A DNA stretch of 64,000 nucleotides from the human T2T-CHM13v2.0 reference genome, Homo sapiens: NCBI RefSeq assembly GCF_009914755.1, contig NC_060925.1; one strand, written 5' to 3'. The position numbers were made by a program, and so were the translations under genes. This document shows, one piece after another, positions 52,470 to 64,000 of the stretch. Within the stretch, counting starts at the first letter, position 1. Each line of letters starts with the position of its first letter. A model generated the notes under the pieces. The model was given only the letters and a program-made list of their open reading frames with translations. It searched no databases and was not told where the DNA came from.

Positions 52470-53470
52470 ATACTTCCTCCTAAAGACGCTGTGTTCCTTT
52501 GACTTCTGCGGCACAGCACTCTCCCCGTTTCTCTGCAGTTTCTCTCTTAAGTTCTTCCCAGTCTCCTTTGTGGTGTCCTTCACCTCAACTGTTACATGTT
52601 GAAATTGCTCAAGACTGCCTGAGGTGTTTTCCTACTCCATATACTCTCCTTAGACATCTCATCTACTACCAAGGGTCCTAGGGTTTCAATTACCACTTAA
52701 ATGCTAAATCCCAAATTTTTATTTCCATGTCAGATCTCTCATGAACCACTCCTATTTCTGACAGACTCATATTTCCAACTATTTTGTGAATATCTTCATT
52801 TGGGTGTCTTAAGAATATTTCAAAATTAAATTGTCCAAAACTAACTAATCTCCTTTCCAAGCCCTTTCTGGTGTTCCCAGTCTCAGTAGTACACCATCCA
52901 CTCTAGTGCTGTCCAAGTTAAAACCTGGCAGTCATTCCTGACTTCAATCTCTCCCTCAATCATCACATTTAATTAGTCATCAAGTCTATTCCTTCCACAT
53001 CTTAGACATGAATGTCTCAAGTCTGTTCATTTCCCTATCCTCATTGCCACTACCGTAGTCTACCTGGGCTATGGTAATGTCTCCCCATACTTAGGCCTCT
53101 TCTCTCCCATCCAATCCAGTCTTTATACAGCAGCCAGAAAATGCAGCTCTGTCCATGTCAACACTTTGTTTAAAACCCTCCAAAGGCTACTCATTCCCTT
53201 TAGGATAAATTCCACATTCTTTCCCAAGCTGTCGCTCTTTCAGCTCCAGTCACTGTGAAACTCTCCTTTCCTGGGATTCACTATACAGGCTATTGCTTAT
53301 CTCGCAAGTTTCCCCACTTGTTTCCTCTGCCTGAAATGCTTTGCTCTCCTCTTAACCTAACTACTTCTAGTCATGCTTTAATTATCTCTTAAAGAAGATC
53401 ACTTCCTCAGTGAAACCTTCATAACCCATCACTCTAGGTCTAACCCCCCTCTAATCCCTGTGTTTCAATA
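52470..53470 (+). mobile_element. L2 fragment
   Basis: atttccaactattttgtgaatatcttcatttgggtgtct; tttaaaaccctccaaaggctactcattccc; tcacttcctcagtgaaaccttc. Confidence 0.7.
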
Positions 53471-53486
53471 TTACAGACATTTATCA

Positions 53487-53912
<426 letters not shown>

Positions 53913-54091
53913 TTATCAAATAATCACACATGTACATACAAATTTTAAGTATAAAAAGTGCTATGAAATAGAAGTACATGATGCTTTGAAAGGACTTGGT
54001 AGCACAGAAAAGTCATCCCCAAGGAAATGATGATTGACCTAGACCAGAAGGGTGAGCAGGAGTTAATGATGAATTGGAAGAAGGAAATTAT

Positions 54092-54404
54092 TTTCTTTCT
54101 TTTTTTTTTTTTTTTTTTTTTGAGATGGAGTCTCGCTCTGTCACCCAGGCTGGAGTGAAGTGGTGCAATCTCGGCTCACTGCAGCCTCCGTCTCCTGGGT
54201 TCCAGCCATTCTCCTGCCTCAGCCTCCCAGGTAGCTGGGATTGCAGGCATGCGCCACCACACCTGGCTAATTTTTGTATTTTTAGTAGAGACGAGGTGTC
54301 ACCATGTTGGCCAGGCTGATCTTGAACTCCTGACCTCAGGTGATCTGCCTGCCTTGGCCTCCCAAAGTGCTGGGCTGAGAGGCATGAGCCACTGTGCCTG
54401 GTCA
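54092..54404 (-). mobile_element. Alu (AluS-like) within minus-strand L2
   Basis: Reverse Alu; aggaaatta / aggtaatta flanks. Confidence 0.92.
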
Positions 54405-54522
54405 GGTAATTAGTTTCTGTACGGGGACAGCATATTATAGGCCCTGGGTCAGGAAAGATTTAGATGCATTCAAAATCTGATAGAAGACCAGTGTAACTGG
54501 ATATCAAAAAGCAAGGGCACAC

Positions 54523-55158
54523 TGTGATGTTAATCCTGAATGTCAACTTGATTGGATTGAAGGATGCAAAGTATTGTTCCTGAGTGTGTCTGTGAGAGTG
54601 TTGCCAAAGGAGATTAACATTTGAATCAGTGGGCTGGGGAAGGCAGACCCACCCTTAATCTGGTGGGCACAATCTAATCAGCGAATATAGAGCAGGCAGA
54701 AAAACATGAAAAGGTGAGACTGGCCTAGCCTCCCAGCCTACATCTTTCTCCCATGCTGGATGCTTCCTGCCCTCGAACATCAGACTCCAAGTTCTTCAGT
54801 TTTGAGACTCAGACTGGCTCTCCTTGCTCCTCAAACTTGCAGACAGACTATTGTGGGACCTTGTGATTGTGTAAGTTAATACTTAATAAACTCCTATATA
54901 TATATATATGCATATATATATACACATATATATATATGCATATATATATACGCATATATATATGCATATATATATGCATATATATATGTGTGTATATATA
55001 TGCATATATATGTGTGTATATATATGCGTATATATGTGTGTATATATATGTGTATATATGTGTGTATATATGTGTATATATATGTATATATATGTGTATA
55101 TGTGTGTATCTATATATGTATATATATGTGTGTATATATGTGTGTGTGTGTATATATA

Positions 55159-55195
<37 letters not shown>

Positions 55196-55235
55196 CCTAT
55201 TAGTTCTGGCCCTCTAGGGAACCATGACTAATACA
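54523..55235 (+). mobile_element. 5' LTR (MLT2A-type)
   Basis: tgtgatg...taataca; direct repeat of 60462-60890; AATAAA ~54885. Confidence 0.93.
54895..55194. repeat. Compound (TA)/(CA)/(TG) microsatellite inside the 5' LTR
   Basis: About 300 bp of alternating purine-pyrimidine sequence. Confidence 0.95.
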
Positions 55236-55240
55236 GATTT

Positions 55241-55260
55241 TGGTGCCAGGAGTGGGGTTC
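55241..55260 (+). promoter_or_regulatory. Primer-binding site for tRNA-Leu
   Basis: TGGTGCCAGGAGTGGGGTTC just 3' of the LTR; one mismatch to the recalled tRNA-Leu(TAA) 3' complement TGGTACCAGGAGTGGGGTTC. Confidence 0.8.
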
Positions 55261-56376
55261 CAGAGAAACAGAATATTAAGGATGGAGTTCTTTCATTGGT
55301 TTTGGGGTTTCTGGAGTTAGCTGCTTAATATGGTGAGACCTGAAAATGCTAAGGACTCTACTTCTAATAGTATGGAGAACACTGATAGTCCTTGGCATGA
55401 ACTGCTTATAGAGTTATGCAAAATAAATGCATTTGACACTCCTGATTCACCGCTCATGAGCAACAAGGAGATTAGTGACTCTATACATAGTACCTTTGAT
55501 TATATGTGAAGAACCAAGGAACATAATGAAGCTGGTTGGTTACTCCTAAGTTCAGTGGACAAAGTGATGAAAGAAAACGATGAACTCAGGGATTCTGTAT
55601 CCTTGCTTCAGAGGAAGATACTGAGCCTCAAATCTGCTAAGATTGCCATAAATGAGAGTCTTATCTCCTGTAGAGAAAGAGCTGAAATTGTGGAAAAACA
55701 GACGCAAGCTCTTATCATGCGAGTGGCTGACCTGCAATGAAATGTGCATGCACAGCCTCTCCAGGTGTCTACTGTTAAAGTGAGGGCATTGACTGGAAAA
55801 GAATGGGACCCTGCAACTTAGAATGGGGGATGTGTGGGAGGACCCTGATGAAGCTGGGGCCACTGAGTTTGTAAACTCTGATGAACCTTTTTTGCCAGAA
55901 GGAACAGCTTCGCCATCCCAGTAGTGGCAACATCCCCTTGCTGACCCATGCTGCCATCAGCCTTTCCACTTTGTCTGAGGAGATAAACCTTGCACTGCCT
56001 GAGGAAATAGTGATGGCCTCCCCTGAGACAGTTGCCAGACAAAATAATGTTGATTTTCCTCAGGGGCCACCCCCAATACCCCTGTTTGCTTTTAGACCTA
56101 TGACTAGACTAAAGTGCCTTCAGGCCCCTAGCTCCTAGTAGTGAGGTTCAGAGTGTGACCCACGATGAGGTGCACCACACTCGAAAAAGAACTGCTTGAG
56201 TTCTCTAATTCATATAAACAGAAATCTGAAGAACAGGCATGGGATTGGATATTAAGGATATGGGATAATGGTAGAAGGAACAAACAGTTGGATCAGGCTG
56301 AATTTATTGATCTGGGCCCACCTAAGTAGGGACTCTGCATTTAATGTTGCAGCTCAGGGAGTTAAAAAAAGGTTCT

Positions 56377-56937
56377 GGCTAGGCATGGTGGCTTATGCCT
56401 GTAATCCCAGCACTTTGGAAGGCCGAGGCAGGTGGATCACCTGAGATCAGGAGTTGGAGAGTAGCCTGACCAATATCATGAAACCCCATCTCTACAAAAA
56501 ATAAAAAAAATTAGTCAGGCGTGGTGGCATGCACCTGTAGTCCCAGCTACTCGGGAGGCTGAGAGAGGAGAATTGCTTAAACCCAGGAGGTGGGGATTGA
56601 AGTGAGCCATCTCAAAGAAAAAAAATTAAAGCACTTATTTGGGCCAGGCACAGTGGCTCATGCCTATAACCCCAGCACTTTGGGAGACTGAGGCAGGTGG
56701 ATCACCTGAGGTCAGAAGTTCGAGACCAGCCTGGCCAACATGGTGAAACCCCCTCTCTACTAAAAATACAAAAATTAGCTGGGCATGGTGGCAGGCACCT
56801 GTAATCCCAGCTACTTGGGAGGCTGAGGCAGGAGAATGGCTGGAACCCGGGAGGTGGAAGTTGCAGTGAGACGAGATCATGCTATGCTACTCTAGCCTGG
56901 GCAAAAAGAGTGAAACTCTGTCTCAAAAAAAAAAAAA
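56377..56937 (+). mobile_element. Two tandem Alus within HERV-L gag (56377-56627 with 3' deletion; 56642-56937)
   Basis: Flanked by aaaaaaggttct / aaaaaagactct; gag sequence resumes afterwards. Confidence 0.9.
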
Positions 56938-57420
56938 GACTCTAATAGCTTATTTGCTTGGTTAGCTGAAATATGGATTAAAAGATGGCCCACTGTGAGA
57001 CAGCTGGAAATGCCTGATATCCCTTGGTTTAATGTAGAGGAAGGGATCCAAAGGCTTGAGGAGATTGGGATGGTGGAGTGGATTAGTCACTTTATTCCTA
57101 CTCATTCCAGCTGGAAGGGTCCAGAAGATATACCCTTGACCAATGCCTTGTGAAATAGATTTGTGAGGGCAGCACCTGTATCTTTGAAGAGCCCTGTAAT
57201 TGCTCTTCTCTGTATGTCAGATCTAACAGTGGGAACCACAGTCACTCAACTATTAAATTTAAATTTAAATTTAAACACAATGGGAATAATTGGATTCTGA
57301 GGTGGCACGGGCCAAGTGGCAGCACCCCACCATCAAAGGCAAGGAGGGCGTAGCTACCATAATGGACAGCAGAGGCAAAGCAGCAATCAGAATAGTCTGA
57401 CTCTTGTAGAGCTCTGTCAT

Positions 57421-59990
57421 TGACTTGAAAGACGCAGGGATGATGATTCCCACCACATCCTTGTTCAACACTCCCATTTGGCCAGTGCAGAAGACAGATG
57501 GATCTTGGAGAATGACAGTGGATTATTGTAAGCTTAATCAAGCGATGACCCCAGTTGCAGCTGCTGTACCAGATTTGGTTTGATTGCTTGAGGAAATTAA
57601 CACATCTCCTGGTACCTGGTGTGCAGCCATTGACTTGGCAAATGCCTTTTTCTCCATTCCTGTCTATAAGGCCCACCAGAAGTAATTTGCCTTCAGCTGG
57701 CAAGGCTAGCAATATACCTTTACTGTCCTACCTCAGGGGTATATCAACGCTCAGTCTTTGCGTGGTAATCTTATTAAGAGAGACCTTGATTGCTTTTTGC
57801 TTCTGCAAGATATCCACACTGATCCATTACATTGATGACACCATGCTGATTGGATCCAGTGAGCAAGAAGTAGCTAACACACTGGACTTATTTGTGAGAC
57901 ATTTGCATGCCAGAGAATGGGAAATAAAACTGACTAAAATTCAGGGACCTTCTACCTCAGTAAAATTTCTAGGGGTCCAGTGGTATGGGGCCTGTCAAGA
58001 TATTCCTTCTAATGTAAAGGATACGTTGCTGCATTTGGCCCCTCCCATAACCAAGAAAGAGGCACAATGCCTACTGGGCCTATTTGGATTTTGGAGGCAA
58101 CACATTCCTCATTTGGGTGTGTAACTCCAGCCCATTTATCGAATGGCCCAAAAGGCTGCCAGTTTTGAGTGGGTTCCAGAACAGGAGAAGGCTCTGCAAC
58201 AGGTCCAGGCTGCTGTGCAAGCTGCTCTGCCACTTGGACCATATGACCCAGCAGATCCAATGGTACCTGAGGTGTCAGTGGCCGATAGGGATGCTGTTTA
58301 GAACCTTTGGCGGGCCCCCATAAGTGAATCACACAGAGACCTCTAGGATTTTGGAGGAAGGTTCTGCCATCTTCTGCAGATAACTACTCTCCTTTTGAGA
58401 GACAGCTGTTGGCCTGTTACTGGGCTTTGGTGGAAAATGAACCTTTGACTATGGGTCATTAAGTCACCCTGTGAACAGAATTGCCTATCAAGAACTGGGT
58501 GCTTTCTGACCCATCTAGCTATAAAGTGGGTTGTGCACAGCAGTATTCCATCATCAAATGGAAGTGGTATATATGTGATTGGGCTCAAGCAAATCCAGAA
58601 GGCACAAGTAAGTTACATGAGGAAGTGGCTCAAATGCCCATGGTCCCCTCTCCTGCCACCCCACCTTCTCTTCTCCAGCCTGCATAGATGGCCTCATGGG
58701 GAATTCCTTATGGTGAGTTGACAGAGGAAGAGAAGACTAGGGCCTTCTAGTCTAGGAAGGGAAGACATGGTTCACATGGTTCTGCATGATATGCAGGCAC
58801 CACCCAAAAGTGGACAGCTACAGCACTACAGCCCCTTTCTAGGACATCCCTGAAGGACAGTGGTGAAGGGAAATCTTCCCAGTGGGCAGAGCTTTGAGCA
58901 ACGTTCCTGGTTGTGCCCTTTGCATGGAAGGAGAAATGGCCAGATATGCAATAATACACTAATTCATGGGCTGTAGTCAATGGTTTGGCTCGATGGTCAG
59001 GGACTTGGAAGAAGCACAATTGGAAAATTGGTGACAAAGAAATTTGGGGAAGAGGCATGTGGATGGACCTCTCTGAGTGGTCAAAAACTGTGAAGATATA
59101 TGTATCCCATGTAAGTGCTCACCAACAGATGACCTCAGCAGAGGAGGATTTTAATAATCAAGTGGATAGGATGACCCGTTCTATGGACACCACACAGCCT
59201 CTTTCCCCAACCACTCCTGTCATCACCCAATGGGCCCATGAACAAAGTGACCATGGTGGCAGGGATGGAGATTATACATGGGCTCAGCAACATGGACTTC
59301 CACTCACCAAGTCATTCACTTTTGCTAAAGAAGTGTGGCAGTGGGCTCATGCTCATGGAATTCACTGGTCTTATGTTCCCCATCATCCTGAAGCAGCTGG
59401 ATTGATAGAACGATGGAATGGCCTTTTGAAGTCACAATTAAAATGCCAACTAGGTGACAATACTTTGCAGGGCTGGGGCAAAGTTCTCCAGAAGGCTATG
59501 TATGCTCTGAATCAGCATCCAATATATGGTACTGTTTCTCCCATAGCCAGGCTTCATGGGTCCAGGAATCAAGGGGAGGAAGTGGAAGTGGCACCACTCA
59601 TCATCACCCCTGGTGACCTACTAGCAAAATTTTTGCTTCCTGTTTCCACGACATTACATTCTGCTGGCCTAGGTCTTAGTTCCAGAGGGAGGAACGCTGC
59701 CACCAGGAGACACAATAACAATTCCTTTAAACTGGAAGTTAAGATTGCCACCTGGACACTCTGGGCTCCTCCTACCTTTAAGTCAACAGGCTGAGAAGGG
59801 AGTTACAGTGTTGGCTGGGGTGATTGACCCAGACTATCAAGATAAATTCAGTCTACTACTCCATAATGGAGTTAAGGAAGTGTATGCATGGAATACTGGA
59901 GATCATTAGAGCATCTCTTAGTATTACTATGCCCTGTGATAAAGGTCAATGGGAAACTACAACAGCCCAATCCAGGCAGGACTACAAATG
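57421..59990 (+). pseudogene. HERV-L pol (RT, RNase H, integrase) and dUTPase remnants
   Basis: [62 protein letters not shown]; many stops and frameshifts. Confidence 0.92.
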
Positions 59991-60461
59991 GCCCAGACCC
60001 CTCAGGAATGAAGGTTTGAGTCACTCCACCAGGAAAAAAACACTGCCTGCTGAGGTGCTTGCTGAAGGCAAAGGCAATACAGAATGGATAGTAGAAGAAG
60101 GTGGTCATCAATACCAGCTAAGATCACGTGACCAGCTGCAGAAACAAGAACTATAATTGTCATGAGTATCTCCTCCTTCTTTTGTTAAAAAGATGGTTGT
60201 GCATGTATACATTTGTACTAAGAAAATATCTTCATTTTATTTTCTTTCTGCTTTATCATGTGACATAAGGTGTTGACTTTATATCTGACTTTATTGTTAA
60301 CTTTATGTAATAGTATTTGGGTTGGGGATTGGTGCGTTCCTGGTTGTGCAAAGATAGTTGTATTATGTTAGGCATAATTGTGACCTTACTATTGTCTTTA
60401 TTTGAAGATTATGTATGATCTCAGGAGTTGTGTATGGGTTCAAGTTGACAAGGGATGGACT

Positions 60462-60890
60462 TGTGATGGTTAATACTGAGTGTCAACTTGATTGGATTGA
60501 AGGATGCAAAGTATTGTTCCTGGGTGTGTCTGTGAGAGTGTCGCCAAAGGAGATTAACATTTGAATCAGTGGGCTGGGGAAGGCAGACCCACCCTTAATC
60601 TGGTAGGCACCATCTAATAAGCTGCCAGCAAACATACAGCAGACAGAAAAACGTGAAAAGACGAGACTGGCCTAGCCTTCCAGCCTACATCATTCTCCTG
60701 TGCTGGATGTTTCCTGTCCTCAAACATCGGACTCCAAGTTCTTCAGTTTTGAGACTCGAATTGGCTCTCCTTGCTCCTCAAGCTTGCAGACAGCCTGTTG
60801 TTGGACCATGTGATTGTGTAAGTTAATACTTAATAAATATATATATATACACTATTAGTTCTGTCCCTCTAGGGAACCCTGACTAATACA
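60462..60890 (+). mobile_element. 3' LTR (MLT2A-type)
   Basis: Preceded by PPT-like aagggatggact; direct repeat of the 5' LTR. Confidence 0.93.
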
Positions 60891-60895
60891 TACAC

Positions 60896-62100
60896 CTATA
60901 AAATGAGGCTGCAGCAGTAGATGGAGCCAGGCTTTACAAGGCATTGAGGACTATGCAAACAATTTGGGTCTTTATGCTAAGAGCCATGCTTAAGAGAGGA
61001 GGTGGAAAAGATGAAAAGAAAAAATATGATCAGATTTGCATTGTGAAAATATCACTGTGGATGATGCATGGAAAAAAGATTGAAAGGAGGTAAAAATTGA
61101 TGTTTTCGTAGTTAAAATGGTGAGAAGTCTACTGCAGAGGGTTAGGTGAGAGATGATGTTAGCTTGAATCAGGGAAGTGGTAATAGAAAAGGAGAGAAGG
61201 TAATGTTGTCAGAGATATTTTGGACATAAAATCAATAGGCTTTAGTATTGCATTGTATTGGGAGGGGATTCCTCTGCTTTCCATGAAGAGAAATTTTCTT
61301 TATCTTTTTCTGGCTTCTTGCTCCTTCCATGTGATTAATGACTTTGGGACAGTAACTGAGCTTGAGAGGCTCAGGTCTTCCTGCCTTTTCTTTAGCACTG
61401 GCCTGTCTGCCGGGAGCGTGTGCTTTCAGTCTGCATAGAGGCCAGACTTTTTAATGAAGATCCTGTTTTTGTGGGGAGAGGGCTGTAGTATTTTAGTGCC
61501 ATCAGGGACTGGCTAGGTTAATCTTCCTAAAGCTGGAGTTCAAAGTTAGCAAGCTGATTTTTACCACACACCTAAGTCACATTCTTCATTCTGGACTTTT
61601 GTCAGTAGTTAAGCTGGCATAGTGATTCCTATCTTCCTGACTCATAATGTACTTATTAATTTATTTCAATCCTGAATGAGGGTTGGAGGAGGAAAGAGAG
61701 AATGAACAATGATGATTCCTGTGTTTCTAGCTTATGAACTGAATGGATTATGGTATCATTTTTTTTCCTTCCTTCTTTCTGTTTTTTTTTTTTTTCTTTT
61801 TTGGATGGGGCAGATGAAACTCACAAATTGAATTTGGGAAACGTTGAATTTGAGATAACTATGTGTGGAAATGTCAAGCAGACAATTGTGTATATAGGTC
61901 TGAGGCTCAAGGGCTGAAGGTAGAAAACAGAAAATTGGGAGCTGTCAGGATGTAGATCACAACTATGGACATGAATGAGCTCACTCAGGGAGGGCTTCTA
62001 GAGAAGGGAAGGGGGCTAGGCCTGAGTGTCAATGAACTACAATATTAAATCATCATTTTGAGGAGGATGAGTATGAGAATGTAGACCAATTTACTGATAT
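60896..62100 (-). mobile_element. L2 fragments continuing the L2 at ~53800-54520
   Basis: atgatcagatttgcattgtgaaaatatcactgtgg; gttgaatttgagata; ggaaatgtcaagcagacaattg. Confidence 0.65.
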
Positions 62101-62703
62101 TGGAGTAGATACAGAAGTCAGATAGAAAGGGCTTAAAAGATGGATAATGGAGGAAGGGCTGAACTGGGGACCAGGAAATACAGATCATTATAGGGATAAT
62201 GGTACATAAAAGATATAATGCTTACATTTAGGTAGGCTTACATTTTAGACGTTAACTAGTGAAAACAGGGTTCAGATTTAGTCTCAAGTCTTGTAGTGAT
62301 TTAATTACTTATTCAATTATGTACTATTTAATTATTATAAATAAATTATTTATTATATATAATGCCTAATTTCCTCTCCAGATAGAGACTCTGTAAGGCT
62401 GTCATTTTTTGTTCACTGCTAAATGCCCACGCATAGCAGCACAATTCCTTGAACAAAGTAAGGATCCGGGATCTTTTGACTTCTTAGCTCTATATTAACT
62501 GATAAAAAAAAAAGACCTGAGAAAGAGAAGCCTGGGAGCATTTCTTAGGTGAAGCACTAGTTATGGACACAAAGGGAAGGGAGTAGTGGTGAAAAGAAAT
62601 ATGTATTTGTTATTCACTGCATTTCATATGGAAGAAATGCATCCCTTTACTCATTATTATTAGCCAGAAGTCTTTTCCTTTCATGTTATAATTAAGCATT
62701 TGA

Positions 62704-62992
<289 letters not shown>

Positions 62993-63199
62993 AGCATTGG
63001 ATTTTATAAAGCCTTTCATCAAATAATTCAAAAAAATCTTCAGGCTCATAAAATTATTATTTCAACCATGTTAAAATATGTATTAAAACAAGACTAGAAG
63101 GGAGTGTGGTAATGTGCTCCTAGCAGCATGAGAGTGATTTTTCCCCTTTAGAAATTTATCTAGTTTCTAAATATTTCAGTTATTCTATTACTATTTTAA

Positions 63200-63900
63200 A
63201 TGCGTTTTTAAAAACACTGTGGATATTAATCTTTGTCATTGATTGGATGTTGTAAATATTTTCTCACAGTATGGTACTTTTTAAAACAGTGTTTGTAATT
63301 ACAATAGTAATGTGTTATTATTATTATTGTTTGTGCAAGAAGGCCCTCAACTGATGCTGATGCTTTACTCTTATACTTCCCAGCCTCCAGAAATGTGAGA
63401 AAACAAATTTCTCCTATTTATAAATTAACCCAGAATCGGGTATTCTGTTATAGCAGTACAAATGGACTAACACGGTGTCCTTAGAACAAATACTTTAATT
63501 TTTTATGGAGTTAAATTTCTCAATTTTAAACTTCGTCTGTGCTTTTTAAAATCATATCTAAGGAATTGCCTAACTCAAGATCACAAAGATTTTTCCCATT
63601 TTCTTCTGAAAGTTCTTTCATTTTTAGTTTCTTACATTTGGGTCTATTGTATATTTTGAGTGAATTTTTGTGTATGGGTGAGATAAGAAACAACTTGTTG
63701 TTTTGTTTTGTTTGCATAAAGATGCCAATTATGCCAGCACTGCTTTCTGAAAAAAAAAAAAAAATCCTTTTCTACTGATTTAGCTCAGCAACTTTGTCAA
63801 AAACAATTAATTAGCCATATATTTATTTTTGGTCTCCCTATTCTGTTTCATTGATCTATATGTTTACCTTTGTGGCAAAATCATATTGTTTTGATTACAG
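63200..63900 (-). mobile_element. Old L1M ORF2 fragment with an MLT1 LTR piece (~63335-63472)
   Basis: ORF 63526..63717(-) ISPIHKNSLKI...LSEENGKNLCDLELG; MLT1-type cccagcctccagaaatgtgagaaaacaaattt. Confidence 0.7.
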
Positions 63901-63904
63901 TACC

Positions 63905-64000
63905 TTTTTTTTTTTTTTTTTGAGACTGAGTCTCACTCTGTCTGGAGGGCAGTCACACTATCTTGGATCACTACAACTTCCACCTCCTGGATTCAAGAGA
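63905..64000 (-). mobile_element. Alu 3' end, cut by the window edge
   Basis: Poly-T followed by gagactgagtctcactctgtc. Confidence 0.85.

Larger units (their letters stand above)
54523..60890 (+). mobile_element. HERV-L provirus (MLT2A LTR - gag - pol - dUTPase - LTR), internally deleted, inserted in an L2
   Basis: Two LTRs, TSD cacac (54518-54522) / tacac (60891-60895), tRNA-Leu PBS, RT LPQG (~57728) and YIDD (57828-57839), RNase H and integrase remnants; no env. Confidence 0.95.

Noticed and set aside
54867-55231. Y/I/C/M/V-rich ORFs (also 43924-44159 and 27979-28301)
   Set aside because: Translations of dinucleotide microsatellites.
58745-58768. Short extra segment in HERV-L RNase H with inverted similarity to adjacent agactag
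   Set aside because: May be repair filler, but too short to support without a consensus alignment.

Overview
Repeat-dense primate (very probably human) genomic DNA with no prokaryotic features and no complete intact protein-coding gene. The centre is a CpG-island promoter (~35.9-37.1 kb) with a minus-strand first exon (donor GAG|GTGAGC, last exon base 36308), so 1-36.3 kb is probably that gene's first intron. From memory this resembles ZNF644 next to RPL5P6; that identity is unverified. The intron holds stacked old L1M fragments and a full-length but disabled L1PA5/6-like element (12171-18310) antisense to the host, with an open ORF0 and the ZNF93-target 5'UTR segment. Upstream lie a processed RPL5 pseudogene (38496-39490), a young AluYd and a deleted HERV-L provirus with two MLT2A LTRs (54523-60890). 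I find no evidence for a wholly new biological system. The best unexplained signals are two short locally templated insertions (an 85-bp copy preserving a pre-Alu empty site; a 44-bp perfect copy of the HERV-L 5' LTR), a strong-Kozak RGG-rich ORF open across the exon-1 donor, and a 4-bp duplication that stops L1 ORF0 just before an antisense splice donor. Repeat subfamilies and boundaries were judged by eye and are approximate.
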